Both the position numbers and the translations under genes were made by a program. Under the pieces are notes generated by a model. The model saw only the letters and a list, made by a program, of their open reading frames with translations, did not search any database and was not told the origin of the DNA. A stretch of DNA of 63,982 nt, filler included, from Barthelona sp. PAP020 (taxonomy: Eukaryota), in the NCBI GenBank assembly GCA_040182905.1. It is 9 parts of 9 records of this genome, joined end to end, with 100 filler letters (N's around TTAATTAATTAA, not from the genome) between each part and the next. Parts side by side here need not be neighbours in the genome. Positions count along the whole stretch, not along the records: positions 7,311 to 14,480 come from JARQWU010000506.1; positions 14,581 to 21,730 come from JARQWU010000507.1; 7 more parts are not named here. One strand, given 5' to 3'. Positions 9,796 through 20,012 of this stretch are shown piece after piece (the first letter of the stretch is position 1; every line of letters begins with the position of its first letter).

Positions 9796-12549
9796 ATGTC
9801 TTTTTCTTCATTATTAACATTTACCAAACAAACAATAGAAAAAGAAAAAGAAAATAATATCAATGTTGATGAAACTGTTGAATCTCCTTTTCATAATGTT
9901 GTGCTTCAAATATATGATTCTCAACCATTCAGAAAATATATTTATAAAGTTAATCCTTTAACTGATTTACCACATATTTTTGAACAACTGTTAAATGAAA
10001 TCAGTATTCAATCAAATACTGTTTTACCAAATAGCAAACCTAAATTATTTAAGAATTTTGGATCCAATAAACCAAAATTGCCATTTCAATATTCCATGAT
10101 TTTATTGGCTTGCAATGTTTTGTTTTGCCAAAACCATTTGGTCTCTGATGTTTCAGATAAGATAACAGCTGAATTAATAAAAAAACTGCATCAATTTCGA
10201 TTTGCTTCCAAATCAAAAGAGTTAGCCGATGAAATAGACGATTATTTTAGTGAATATTTAGGCTTAGAATTGACACCAAAAAAGAATTTGAATTTGAGCT
10301 TGAAAAAAGCATTGATAACGCCATTGAATGATGCAAAAATGATTACTTGGGCTAGTTTTAGGGGTAAGAAAGCTGAGTTAGGTGTTTTTTTAAATAACCA
10401 GGAAACTTGGAAAAACGCAGAGAATTTTGGGATTGTTGGAACATCCCAATTTTTAATTGACCGTTGGAATGATTTGGAGGCTTGGGTGATTGCTGATGAT
10501 GTTCCAGCTGATATTAGCGATTTGCTCCCTGAATGTGCACAAGAATATCGAGAAAAGTTTGAGAACAAGGACAAAAGCAGTGAAAAAAGTGTTTCCACTC
10601 CCCCCGAACTGATTATTTCTTTGGAAGATAAGAATGTTGGTGAAAACAGCAGTGACAGTTTTTCCAAAAAGTGGCCTTCATTTGTCGACGCATTAAAACA
10701 AGTTTCTGAAATCTCACAAGAGGCTGTTTCTTCAGAACAAAGGGTGGCTTCCAATCCCTCAGATAATTCTACTGTTACCCAAGATGAAAAAGATACAGAA
10801 GCAATACAGTCAAATGAGACAGGTGCATTTTCACAAATTGAAAAGTCTGTTGAGGATAGCAGTGTAGAAGTTGTTACAATAGCAGATTCATTGGCAGTAA
10901 CTGATATTAGTCTTGACGAAGATCTTCCCACTGGGTGTCAACCAGTACTAGAATCAACTGAAGTTGAGAACAAACTTAAAAAGGATTCCATTTCTGAAGA
11001 ACAAGACGTTTCAGAGAATATCCATCCTATTCTTGATGAAAATGTACCAGAAGAAGAAGGAAAGGAAGAAGAAGAAGAAGAAGAAGAAGAGGAAATGTCT
11101 GATATCGATTCTTCTTTGGAAGATATTGAACTCACAAATCATATCATTATGAAAGAGCTGAAATTTGATGGGTGGGTAATTGAAATTAGCCCTCCGATTC
11201 AGCTACAAGGCGGAAAGATACCTCAAATTGAAAATGAAGAAGAGGAATTTTGGTTCATTGATGTTGTAGATTTAGATTACAAGTTTGTCAGAAATGCCAC
11301 TTTTCAGCAGTGCTTTACTATCGTAAGTGAGTATTTGATGATGTTCTGGACCAGATATTTAAATGAAGGGTTAGTTCCTAAGGATGATGGAATGAAAAAT
11401 CATTTTCACATACTGAAAGAACGCTTCATAGTGAAAAAGCGTGGCCATGTCATTCTGCCTGAGACTATCGAAGAAATTGCAACATTACCTGAATCAATAG
11501 AGGAAGATTCGGAAATCTTTCAACGTGGTTCAATAGACTATCAAAACAATGCAGAGAATATTGAGGAGCTCAGTTTGGAAGTTAATAATGCCACTGATGA
11601 AGATGTCAAGCCGGTAGAAATCGAAACCGTTTCAGAATCAGTTTTGACTGACTCCCATCTTGTCTCTAGTGATGTTGGTGATTTTATTGCTTTGGAAGTA
11701 TTGGAAGAAGAAGAGGAAGAAGAAGCACCTTCAAGCCAAAAGGAAAACAAATATATTAATGAGGTTCCAACGAAAATCATTGAAGATAAAACTGAAGTCG
11801 AAATGGATGATGGTACAACAACTTCATTAACTACAAGCACACCTGAAGTAACTGAAATTGAACATGTTTTTGTGGAAAATTCTTCTGTTTCTGGTATTTC
11901 CACCATATCTTCAACTTCGATTCCTTCTTCTTCATTGCTTCGAGAAGAAATTTCCAGTTCTTCCAACGTCAATCAAGATGTGTCACTGATTTCATCTTCA
12001 GAAGAACAAACAAATGTAGATGAGAACACCTTGAATCAACCCTTTTCAAATATGCTGTTGGATGAAACACAACAAGCACAAACACAAACTGGCTTGGAAT
12101 CCAGACAGTCCATTTTAATGGAGGCTTTATCTCCACCTGAGAATCAAGCAGCAGATAAAATATTGCTGAAACCTATTGTTTCAAAGTTTAGCGAAGAAAG
12201 AAAGAAGTTTCAACAACATTTAGATATTGTTATCAATTCATTCATCACCACTTTCAACATTTCAAAAGAAGATTGTTATTTACTTTTCCATACGTTCAAT
12301 TATGATGAAGCTACTTGTGTTAGGTATTTGTCTGGACAAAATATTCAACCTGATAAATTTTGGAATTTAGAGGATGATGAAATTATTTTAAATTCAATTG
12401 ACTTTTTTAGAGCATTAGGAGACAGGAATGATGAACATAATCTCCAGTTATATATGATTCCTTTTGGGAAAAAGTTACAATCAGTTATTGATAAGCATGG
12501 AGTTGATGAATGTTTAAAAAGAGTTGGATATTTAATGCAATTATGTTAA
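9796..12549 (+). CDS. Large acidic protein with C-terminal Rap1-C (RCT)-like domain
   Basis: TFNISKEDCYLLFHTFNYDEATCVRYLSG...FWNLEDDEIIL...VIDKHGVDECLKRVGYL fits the Rap1 C-terminal pattern WxxxDDxxL...KxGxxxxxxRxxF/YL. Confidence 0.65.
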   Translation: MSFSSLLTFTKQTIEKEKENNINVDETVESPFHNVVLQIYDSQPFRKYIYKVNPLTDLPHIFEQLLNEISIQSNTVLPNSKPKLFKNFGSNKPKLPFQYSMILLACNVLFCQNHLVSDVSDKITAELIKKLHQFRFASKSKELADEIDDYFSEYLGLELTPKKNLNLSLKKALITPLNDAKMITWASFRGKKAELGVFLNNQETWKNAENFGIVGTSQFLIDRWNDLEAWVIADDVPADISDLLPECAQEYREKFENKDKSSEKSVSTPPELIISLEDKNVGENSSDSFSKKWPSFVDALKQVSEISQEAVSSEQRVASNPSDNSTVTQDEKDTEAIQSNETGAFSQIEKSVEDSSVEVVTIADSLAVTDISLDEDLPTGCQPVLESTEVENKLKKDSISEEQDVSENIHPILDENVPEEEGKEEEEEEEEEEMSDIDSSLEDIELTNHIIMKELKFDGWVIEISPPIQLQGGKIPQIENEEEEFWFIDVVDLDYKFVRNATFQQCFTIVSEYLMMFWTRYLNEGLVPKDDGMKNHFHILKERFIVKKRGHVILPETIEEIATLPESIEEDSEIFQRGSIDYQNNAENIEELSLEVNNATDEDVKPVEIETVSESVLTDSHLVSSDVGDFIALEVLEEEEEEEAPSSQKENKYINEVPTKIIEDKTEVEMDDGTTTSLTTSTPEVTEIEHVFVENSSVSGISTISSTSIPSSSLLREEISSSSNVNQDVSLISSSEEQTNVDENTLNQPFSNMLLDETQQAQTQTGLESRQSILMEALSPPENQAADKILLKPIVSKFSEERKKFQQHLDIVINSFITTFNISKEDCYLLFHTFNYDEATCVRYLSGQNIQPDKFWNLEDDEIILNSIDFFRALGDRNDEHNLQLYMIPFGKKLQSVIDKHGVDECLKRVGYLMQLC

Positions 12550-12767
12550 TTATCTTTTGAGTTTGTAAATGTTTTTTGATATTTTTTTTTGAATATTATT
12601 TTTTAAATATTATTTCTGTTTTATAAATATTATTAATAAACAATTGTTTTAAAATCCAGAATGTTTGAGGAAAAAAAAAAGAAACAAAACTTTGAAACTT
12701 AGAAAAACTGTTGTTTTTCCATTATTCTTTTTTATACTTTAAAAAGTTTGGATACTGATCAACAGTT

Positions 12768-12918
12768 TTTTAAGGATGAGTAACCACAGACCTGTTCTTA
12801 GGTCACTGACACCGGTGATCTTCTTTCTAATTTTTGTTCTTTGAATATTCATTGGATTTTTGATTACCAAACCGACCTGTGAGGATGAAACATTTCCACC
12901 ACTCTTAGAAGCTGATAT
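12768..12918 (+). ncRNA. Box C/D snoRNA locus (one double-guide RNA or two tandem RNAs) targeting 18S rRNA; first guide U25/snR56-like
   Basis: AGGATGA (12773, 12882), guide CACAGACCTGTT 12785-12796 + CTTA, guide CCACCACTCTTAGAA 12896-12910 + CTGA 12912. Confidence 0.7.
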
Positions 12919-13106
12919 TTTTTTCATAATATTAATTTATTTATGGTTTCTAACATTTTAGAGAATAGTTTATTCATATATATATTTCAATCATAAATTT
13001 CATTTGCAAAAACACATGTTTTTTTATAAAAAGTCTTTTTTAAAAGAAGAAATAGAAGTATTTATAAATTTATAAAAACAAATTTTTGAGAAAGAAATTG
13101 TTATAA

Positions 13107-14030
13107 TTACAGAGATTGACGCAAGGCTGTCTTTTTAACATCACTAATGTGGAACTCTTTGCGAGCTTCAAGATATCTATCAACAAATTCATCCAAATTG
13201 ATAGAATTCGATTGTAAAGCAGTATGTAAATCACGACAACGATCTTCAGCATTTCTACTTTGTTGTTCCAATTGCAATAAAGGATTATTTTGGTCTGAAG
13301 TGTTTGCAGGCAACTGCTTTTTTAATTCTTCAATTTCTTCTCTCAATCTTTTACTTTCGACATCAGCAGTCATAATATTTTCGGCTAAAGTGGTAGCTTC
13401 AGCACACATTTCAGCAATTTTACTTTCAGCGTTCTTTGTCCATTGAAGGTTGTTGATGTATTGTTCAAATTTTTCTTCATCGCCTAATAATTCCATTATT
13501 TGTGCTTCATTCATATTTTCTACATCCTCAAACCTTCCTGGAGGAGGAGGAATCAAACAAGTGGGTTGATTATCAATCGAATCAGATGGCATTTTTTGTT
13601 CAATGGGAATGGACTGTGGTAAAGGTTGGAAACTGGTAGGTGGTCTATTACTAGGATAACCAGGTTGATATTGATTAGGTCTGTTATCTTGTCGGTAATT
13701 TGTTGAAGGTTGATGCATATATTGTTGTTGAGGAAAGTTTCCACTTGGAAATCTTTGTTGTTGTTGTTGAGGATAACTAGATTGTGGATAATTAGATTGA
13801 GGATAACGTTGCTGTTGTTGTTGAGGATATCCTTGTTGTTGAGGATACCCAGGTTGTTGAGCATATCCAGGTTGTTGAGCATATCCTGGTTGTTGAGGAT
13901 ATCCAGGTTGCTGAGGATATCTTGATTGAGGATTTTGTGGATATCCCGTTTGGGGACCATAATTTTGACCAGGCATATTATGCATATATTGTGCAGAAGC
14001 GTGGGGTGGATTTTTTCGATAATTGGCCAT
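13107..14030 (-). CDS. VPS37: ESCRT-I subunit VPS37 (Mod_r domain) with YPQQPG-repeat N-terminus
   Basis: C-terminal LDEFVDRYLEARKEFH motif; LAENI coiled coil. Confidence 0.8.
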   Translation of the reverse strand: MANYRKNPPHASAQYMHNMPGQNYGPQTGYPQNPQSRYPQQPGYPQQPGYAQQPGYAQQPGYPQQQGYPQQQQQRYPQSNYPQSSYPQQQQQRFPSGNFPQQQYMHQPSTNYRQDNRPNQYQPGYPSNRPPTSFQPLPQSIPIEQKMPSDSIDNQPTCLIPPPPGRFEDVENMNEAQIMELLGDEEKFEQYINNLQWTKNAESKIAEMCAEATTLAENIMTADVESKRLREEIEELKKQLPANTSDQNNPLLQLEQQSRNAEDRCRDLHTALQSNSINLDEFVDRYLEARKEFHISDVKKTALRQSL

Positions 14031-14434
14031 TTAAAATAAGAAAAAAATTATTGTAGCTGGGAAGAATTCTTTTTTCAATTATATCCATTTTCCAGGAGTT
14101 TTACGTGTTAATTGGCATTTTCTAATATCTAAATTTATATATTATGACTATTAATTATAATTTTTTATCTACCTACAGTAAAACAAATATCAATTATTTT
14201 TATTTGATATATTGTGAAGACAGCCTAATATAGCATGTTTAAGAATTGAAGATGATGTTTTAAGATTGAAAGAAACATTTTATCTTGATAAAGCAACTTC
14301 TTTTAATCCGTTAATAGGTTGCAAAGTTGATTTAATTCAAAAAACCATAAATTGAAAGAAGAACAAAACGAGATTTGCTTGAAAAACAGCAAAATCTCCG
14401 AAAATGTTCTCTCAATAATTTTTTTTTTTTTTTT

Positions 14435-14480
14435 ATGGCTGGTCTTGATTTTGGATCCAGAACTATTGTTCTATCTGTTG
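14435..14480 (+). CDS. 5' fragment of an Hsp70/Hsp110-superfamily gene, cut by contig end
   Basis: MAGLDFGSRTIVLSV resembles the GIDFG phosphate-1 motif; only 15 codons visible. Confidence 0.5.
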
Positions 14481-14814
14481 NNNNNNNNNNNNNNNNNNNN
14501 NNNNNNNNNNNNNNNNNNNNNNNNTTAATTAATTAANNNNNNNNNNNNNNNNNNNNNNNNNNNNNNNNNNNNNNNNNNNNCCGGACTATCACAACAACAA
14601 ATTAAAATGCAAATAAATTTAAACTTTTGAAACCTTTTGAAGATATTTCTTTCCTTTACGACTTGCCAAATTTCCCTTCCACTTTGATGGAGCTCTGGCA
14701 TAAACTGTTACATACTTCCGTACAAGTATTGAAACCTGTACGAGTTGGATATGTTCAGATGTTGAAAATTTCACTGTACCAGCTCAAAAGTTCAATCTTT
14801 TCCTTCTTTCCAAT

Positions 14815-15043
14815 AAAATTTTGATTGTTCTTCTGCGGGTTTCCTTTATAAAATCCTGCAATTCCTTGCTACACTAAAATGTACAGTTGAATGGTTCTTA
14901 TCATGAATCATTTGATTCTTCGCTGTCATTTCACTTTAAATTCTGATACCCATTAATATCAGAAATTGCAAGAAGAAGAAACCATTTTGAACACATTTAT
15001 ATTGTCTTTTGCGTGAAATCCGTCCGCTTTGCTGCGAACACAT
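14815..15043. repeat. Dispersed repeat family 1, copy b
   Basis: Shares TAATATCAGAAATTGCAAGAAGAA and GTGAAATCCGTCCGCTTTGCT with 8010-8085. Confidence 0.9.
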
Positions 15044-15337
15044 AAATACTCCACGAGTTTTCGATTCTGATACCCTCTAAAGTAGAAATTTCAAGAAAAT
15101 CTCACAAATTCATTAATCTTCTGCCTTTGGTAAAATTCATCCCTTTATGGTGAGGAATATTTCCTTTTGTTAACAAAGAAATAGTTGTGTGTATTATTGT
15201 TCTCGTTCTGGAATCAATGGAATGGAATGTTTCAAGATTTGCTGATTTTAGCTTTGCCAAAAAAAAAAGAAAAAAAAAACTACAGAATAATACACTTTTA
15301 TGAAAAAATAAAAATAAACTGAAGGCAAAACAGCAAA

Positions 15338-17641
15338 CTAATCAGTGAATTCTTCAATGATATGTTGAACTATATTGGTGTTAACAACTTCAGTTGGTGA
15401 ACTTTCCAAAATTTGCATCAAAGCAGTTTTAATTTTAGGATTGAAATCTTTAATTCTTAACAGCAATTCAGCAACATTACTTTGACAAGCTGAAGGCCCT
15501 AAAGGATAGATTAGCCTCAAAGCAGCCGTAAAACAAGGGAACATCTTGAGAGCAATGTCGATTTCATTCTGACAAAGCAATTCTAACACATTGGAAGCAT
15601 TCATTGTGACCAAATCATCAGCTAAACCAACAAAAATGTACTGTTGAAGAGAAATAAGTAAGTCTTCTTTCAATTGTTGATCAATTGACATTTGGGATAA
15701 AATGAGCGCTTGAAGTATTTCAAAATGTTCAGCTTCAAACCTTAATAGTTCTCGACTTTCAATAGAATGCACAAAACTTATGAAAACATTTGAATAGTTC
15801 CAAATTTTATTTATTGGAACCAAGTCATGCAAAGATTGCAATGTAATATTTGTAGGTAAACCACAAGCATGCAATCTAACTTCTGATGCAACATTTTCCA
15901 AAACATTCAATAAATAACCAACTGCCCAATCACAAGTAACTGAAGCATAGGCTAATCCTTGTAAAATTCCTCGATGAACCAAAGTTGGAGCTGATTTGGA
16001 AACCATTTGTTGAAATTTATCAGAGATTACTTGTCTCATTTCAATTTCTGAAGAATCAACATTTTTCAACAGCAAACCCAATAAAATAAACAATCTAGCA
16101 CGAACCTCTACCACGAAATCATCTTCAAAAACAATGAAATCGTTGAATAATTGAACAACATCATCAGCAACTTCTTCTGCTAATCCAGTTAACACACGTA
16201 TAGCAGATAACCTATTTGTGGGATTTCCTGATAGACTAGATACAACAATAAATAAATACATGTCAACAACTTGTTCATTATTTAAACAAGTACATTTTGA
16301 AGCTAACATTGGCATTAGTAAAGAGAAAGCATCATTATCAAACGATTGTTTCAGTTGTTTGATAAGATGTATATGTTGTGCTGGTGATTGACCTCCATGA
16401 GCAATAGCAATTCTTACAAAACAATCCATGATTAATCCTGAATTTAAAATTGTTTTAAATAGTGGTACCCCATAGGATAAGAACATAGAAAGAGCAATAT
16501 CATCATCTACTTCAGATAATCTAGCCAATCTATGGGCCACCTTTTCAAAAATAGCAGTTAAAACCAGAATGGCACTGGATCTTTGTAAATTGTCACGCAT
16601 AAGGTTGGTCATAAATTGTGTGAATACATGATACTCAGATGGTTGTTTTAACGATTCTTGAATTACTGACATGGCACTGTTCAATTCCTTTGCCAACTCA
16701 TCAAATACAATGGTTGGAAACTTGTCCCCATCTTCAACAAATACAGATAAAAGACTTCTATTTTCTCTCTCGTGACGTTCCATTACATTTGTTTCATCAG
16801 ATTTCTTCAAAACACTAAGACAAGCTTGTTCAAGAATAGGAGTAATACTAACAGCACTAATCCCCTTATTAGCAGAATATCCGTTTGGTCTCATAGTCCC
16901 ACCTATTCCTGAATTGGCAATGCTAGCCCCGAAACTGCCCTCTGACTTATTATCTACACGAGTTGTGGGCATTCTAGATGCATTGTTACTGCTTCCAACA
17001 CGAACTTCAGCAGCAGTTTTGTTTGATTGTCGAATTTGAACAGATTTGAACAATGAAACATTTGAGATGTTTTGAGGTTTAACTGGAGATTCCATGGGAC
17101 GCATCCCTCTAGGGAGATTATCGATTTTTTCAGGTTTTTCAACTTGCAATTCTTCTTTCATTGTGTGAACAAGTACTTCAGCTTGAGCTCTTTCAACATC
17201 AGAACCTTCAGTTAAAAGACGAACAAGATTTGCTTTGTCCTTTAAAGCATTGGATATGGTAGTCTTTGCATAGTTTGGTTCATCACTTGAAACAAATCTT
17301 GAAGATGATTCTGGAGCTTCTCTTTGAGTTAAAATAGGATAAATAAATTGAAAAAGTCGATTGTGAGAATCATGTTGAAGATGAATTAGGTCTTCTACTA
17401 AATTGGGTGGGAAAAAAAGTTCTCTTTTGGCAAAAAACTTTTCAATTTGAGCCCAATTATCTTGTTTGATTTTTAAAGAATTACCATTTTGAAAAGAATG
17501 CATTGATAAATCAGTTGGATAATATTTTGATAATATTTCAGCTATAATATAGCCATTAGAAAAATCACGTCTCACATTCTTGATACAACAAGTTAATCGT
17601 AAACTTTGTAACCATTTTAATACTTCACGTGGCAAAGACAT
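15338..17641 (-). CDS. SPATA4: SPATA4/SPEF1-type calponin-homology flagellar protein with helical C-terminus
   Basis: PREVLKWLQSL...RRDFSNGYIIAEILSKYYP...NGNSLKIKQDNWAQIEKF. Confidence 0.85.
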   Translation of the reverse strand: MSLPREVLKWLQSLRLTCCIKNVRRDFSNGYIIAEILSKYYPTDLSMHSFQNGNSLKIKQDNWAQIEKFFAKRELFFPPNLVEDLIHLQHDSHNRLFQFIYPILTQREAPESSSRFVSSDEPNYAKTTISNALKDKANLVRLLTEGSDVERAQAEVLVHTMKEELQVEKPEKIDNLPRGMRPMESPVKPQNISNVSLFKSVQIRQSNKTAAEVRVGSSNNASRMPTTRVDNKSEGSFGASIANSGIGGTMRPNGYSANKGISAVSITPILEQACLSVLKKSDETNVMERHERENRSLLSVFVEDGDKFPTIVFDELAKELNSAMSVIQESLKQPSEYHVFTQFMTNLMRDNLQRSSAILVLTAIFEKVAHRLARLSEVDDDIALSMFLSYGVPLFKTILNSGLIMDCFVRIAIAHGGQSPAQHIHLIKQLKQSFDNDAFSLLMPMLASKCTCLNNEQVVDMYLFIVVSSLSGNPTNRLSAIRVLTGLAEEVADDVVQLFNDFIVFEDDFVVEVRARLFILLGLLLKNVDSSEIEMRQVISDKFQQMVSKSAPTLVHRGILQGLAYASVTCDWAVGYLLNVLENVASEVRLHACGLPTNITLQSLHDLVPINKIWNYSNVFISFVHSIESRELLRFEAEHFEILQALILSQMSIDQQLKEDLLISLQQYIFVGLADDLVTMNASNVLELLCQNEIDIALKMFPCFTAALRLIYPLGPSACQSNVAELLLRIKDFNPKIKTALMQILESSPTEVVNTNIVQHIIEEFTD

Positions 17642-17777
17642 ATTGAAAAAAATTGAAATTAAATTTTATTTTTTATTTGTTTCTTTTTGAATAAATAAAT
17701 ATTATAATATTTACCAAATATCTTGATATTTAATTGCTTTTTTCTTTAAAAAAAAGGAAAAGAAACAAAGAAGTAAA

Positions 17778-19736
17778 ATGGCTACAATTATAATTTTCAT
17801 GACTATGAATCAAAATGATTTAATTTCACGAATATTTCTTGCAAGATGCAAGGATATACATTTATCACCTGAAGATTCATCAAATTTTCAAGCTTTTTCG
17901 AATTTGTGGAGAGAAGGAACTCAAGAAGAAAATCGAATCAAATTTAAAGATATGCAATTAGGTGTAAATGCAGGATTATCTTTGTCTTCTCATTTGAAAG
18001 TTCCAGATTTGAGAGTTGTAATTTTGAGTGAGAATCAATTGAGAGATATTGGATCTATTGCTATAACGCATATGATTCAAAAATATCCAATTTCTTATTT
18101 AAACTTGGGATTAAATGGCATTGGAACAGATGGAGGAATTGGTATTGCTCATGAATTGAAAGGAGACAATGAATTGCGAGTGTTGATATTAGGAAAGCAA
18201 TTTTCAAACAGTACTATTCCTCAATTAAAGAATGACATTGGCGCTAGGGCTACAGCTGCTATTTTTGATTCTTTAAAAGATTCTCTCATTGAAGTTTTAC
18301 ATTTGAGCTATAATTCTTTGGGCTCAAAGATAGCCTTAGCCAGAGAGATGTGTAAAGGTCTTGAAATGAATTTAACACTCCGTAAACTGTTTTTAGCGGG
18401 AAATAATCTTCGTTCTAAATCTTTAAGTAATATATTAATTGCGCTTAATACATGTGAACGTCTTGATACATTGGACATCAGTGATAATAATGCTGATGAA
18501 AGAATTGGCGTTGCATTAGGAGATTTCCTTAAGGAGAGTCACAATATCCGATTCCTTAACATCTCGAATAATCCCATTGGTGACCAAGGAATAGATGATA
18601 TTAGTGAAAAAATTACATTTAACAGCAGTTTGGTTCATTTTGATATTTCTGATTGTAATATTGGAGATTATGGTATATCCACACTTTCTTCTGCCTTACG
18701 TAATTCACCTTATCTAATCAGTTTGAATGTGGCAAGGAATTCTTTCACTTATCAAGGTTCTGCTGTTGCACTTCGTAATTTTATGACTTTACCCTGTCTC
18801 AATTATTTATATATGCAAGGTAACGATCTTTCACGTGATATTTGCAGTTATTTACAAGCTTTTTTTGAGACTTCACCTGAGTTAATCTGTATTGATCTAT
18901 CGTCATGTAAAATCAATGGAAAATCCCTTTTATCCATTGGAGATGGGTTGATTTCAAATTCAACTATTAAGACACTGAGTCTCAAAGATAATTTTATCCA
19001 CGATAAGGACATATCGGGATTTGTGGAGAGAATTAGTGTCAACAACGCTCTGTTAAACGTTCATTTGAATGGAAATTCATTAAGTCACACATTTAAAAAG
19101 AAAGTTCAGCAAGTATTAAAGAGAAATTTGAAAGTAAAGAAAGATGAACCTTTGAAGGAATTGCAACAAGAAATACAGCTATTAGAGCATCATGAAGTTC
19201 AATTACCATTGGTTCAAAAGGAATTGAATGCTATTGCAACCAACATTGAAGAGAAAAAAGAAAAATTGAGACATGGTGAAACACTGAAAGAGATTGAGGA
19301 AGAGATCTTTGCTCGAGATTATGAACGATTGGAAATCAGATATAAAGCTGAAAAGGAGAAACTACAGGAGGTTAAAGAGAAATTGAATGAGCGTTCGGAT
19401 ACTTTGGTGACTGAAAAATGTGCCATTGAAACTCAATATGAGAGATTGTCTAAACAAGCAAAAATAGAACATGAACGGTTTGATTTGTCAATCAATGAAT
19501 TGGAGCAATTGAAAGAACGTGAAAAAATTTTGAAAAAAGCAACAAATGATCGACTTGATCTGTTAAAAAAGTATATCAATGAATTAGGCGAAAGAAAAAG
19601 AAACGCTTTGGAAGAAGCTATTGTGGTAAAGATGAGCATAAAAAATTTGCGTCAACAAATATTTGAGGCAAAAAAATCCAGAAGGTTGGAAGAACGTAAA
19701 CCACTTGTGCCTAAAACTAGGTTTGATAAAGCATAG
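17778..19736 (+). CDS. RNI-like leucine-rich-repeat protein with C-terminal coiled coil
   Basis: Repeated LxxLxLxxNxIGxxG 28-residue units. Confidence 0.88.
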   Translation: MATIIIFMTMNQNDLISRIFLARCKDIHLSPEDSSNFQAFSNLWREGTQEENRIKFKDMQLGVNAGLSLSSHLKVPDLRVVILSENQLRDIGSIAITHMIQKYPISYLNLGLNGIGTDGGIGIAHELKGDNELRVLILGKQFSNSTIPQLKNDIGARATAAIFDSLKDSLIEVLHLSYNSLGSKIALAREMCKGLEMNLTLRKLFLAGNNLRSKSLSNILIALNTCERLDTLDISDNNADERIGVALGDFLKESHNIRFLNISNNPIGDQGIDDISEKITFNSSLVHFDISDCNIGDYGISTLSSALRNSPYLISLNVARNSFTYQGSAVALRNFMTLPCLNYLYMQGNDLSRDICSYLQAFFETSPELICIDLSSCKINGKSLLSIGDGLISNSTIKTLSLKDNFIHDKDISGFVERISVNNALLNVHLNGNSLSHTFKKKVQQVLKRNLKVKKDEPLKELQQEIQLLEHHEVQLPLVQKELNAIATNIEEKKEKLRHGETLKEIEEEIFARDYERLEIRYKAEKEKLQEVKEKLNERSDTLVTEKCAIETQYERLSKQAKIEHERFDLSINELEQLKEREKILKKATNDRLDLLKKYINELGERKRNALEEAIVVKMSIKNLRQQIFEAKKSRRLEERKPLVPKTRFDKA

Positions 19737-20012
19737 ATAATGTATTTACACAAAATGAACAATAAAATGGTGAGTTTTATTATTATTATTAGTATTATAA
19801 AAGAAATGGGAACAAAATGTTCTCATGTAGACTCATTCTCAAAATGGACGAATATCTTCAAACAACATTTTTGCTTCTTTTTTGTTGATCAGAAAATATT
19901 ATATTGATAATGTTTCAAACAAAGTTTTTTCAACATGAAGAACAATGATTTTTGGGATTTATCCAGAGAGTTTGGATAATCTCATTATTTTAATTTTAAC
20001 AACAATTTGTGC

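Noticed and set aside
12739..12927. 62-aa minus-strand ORF
   Set aside because: Antisense shadow of the snoRNA locus; no protein features
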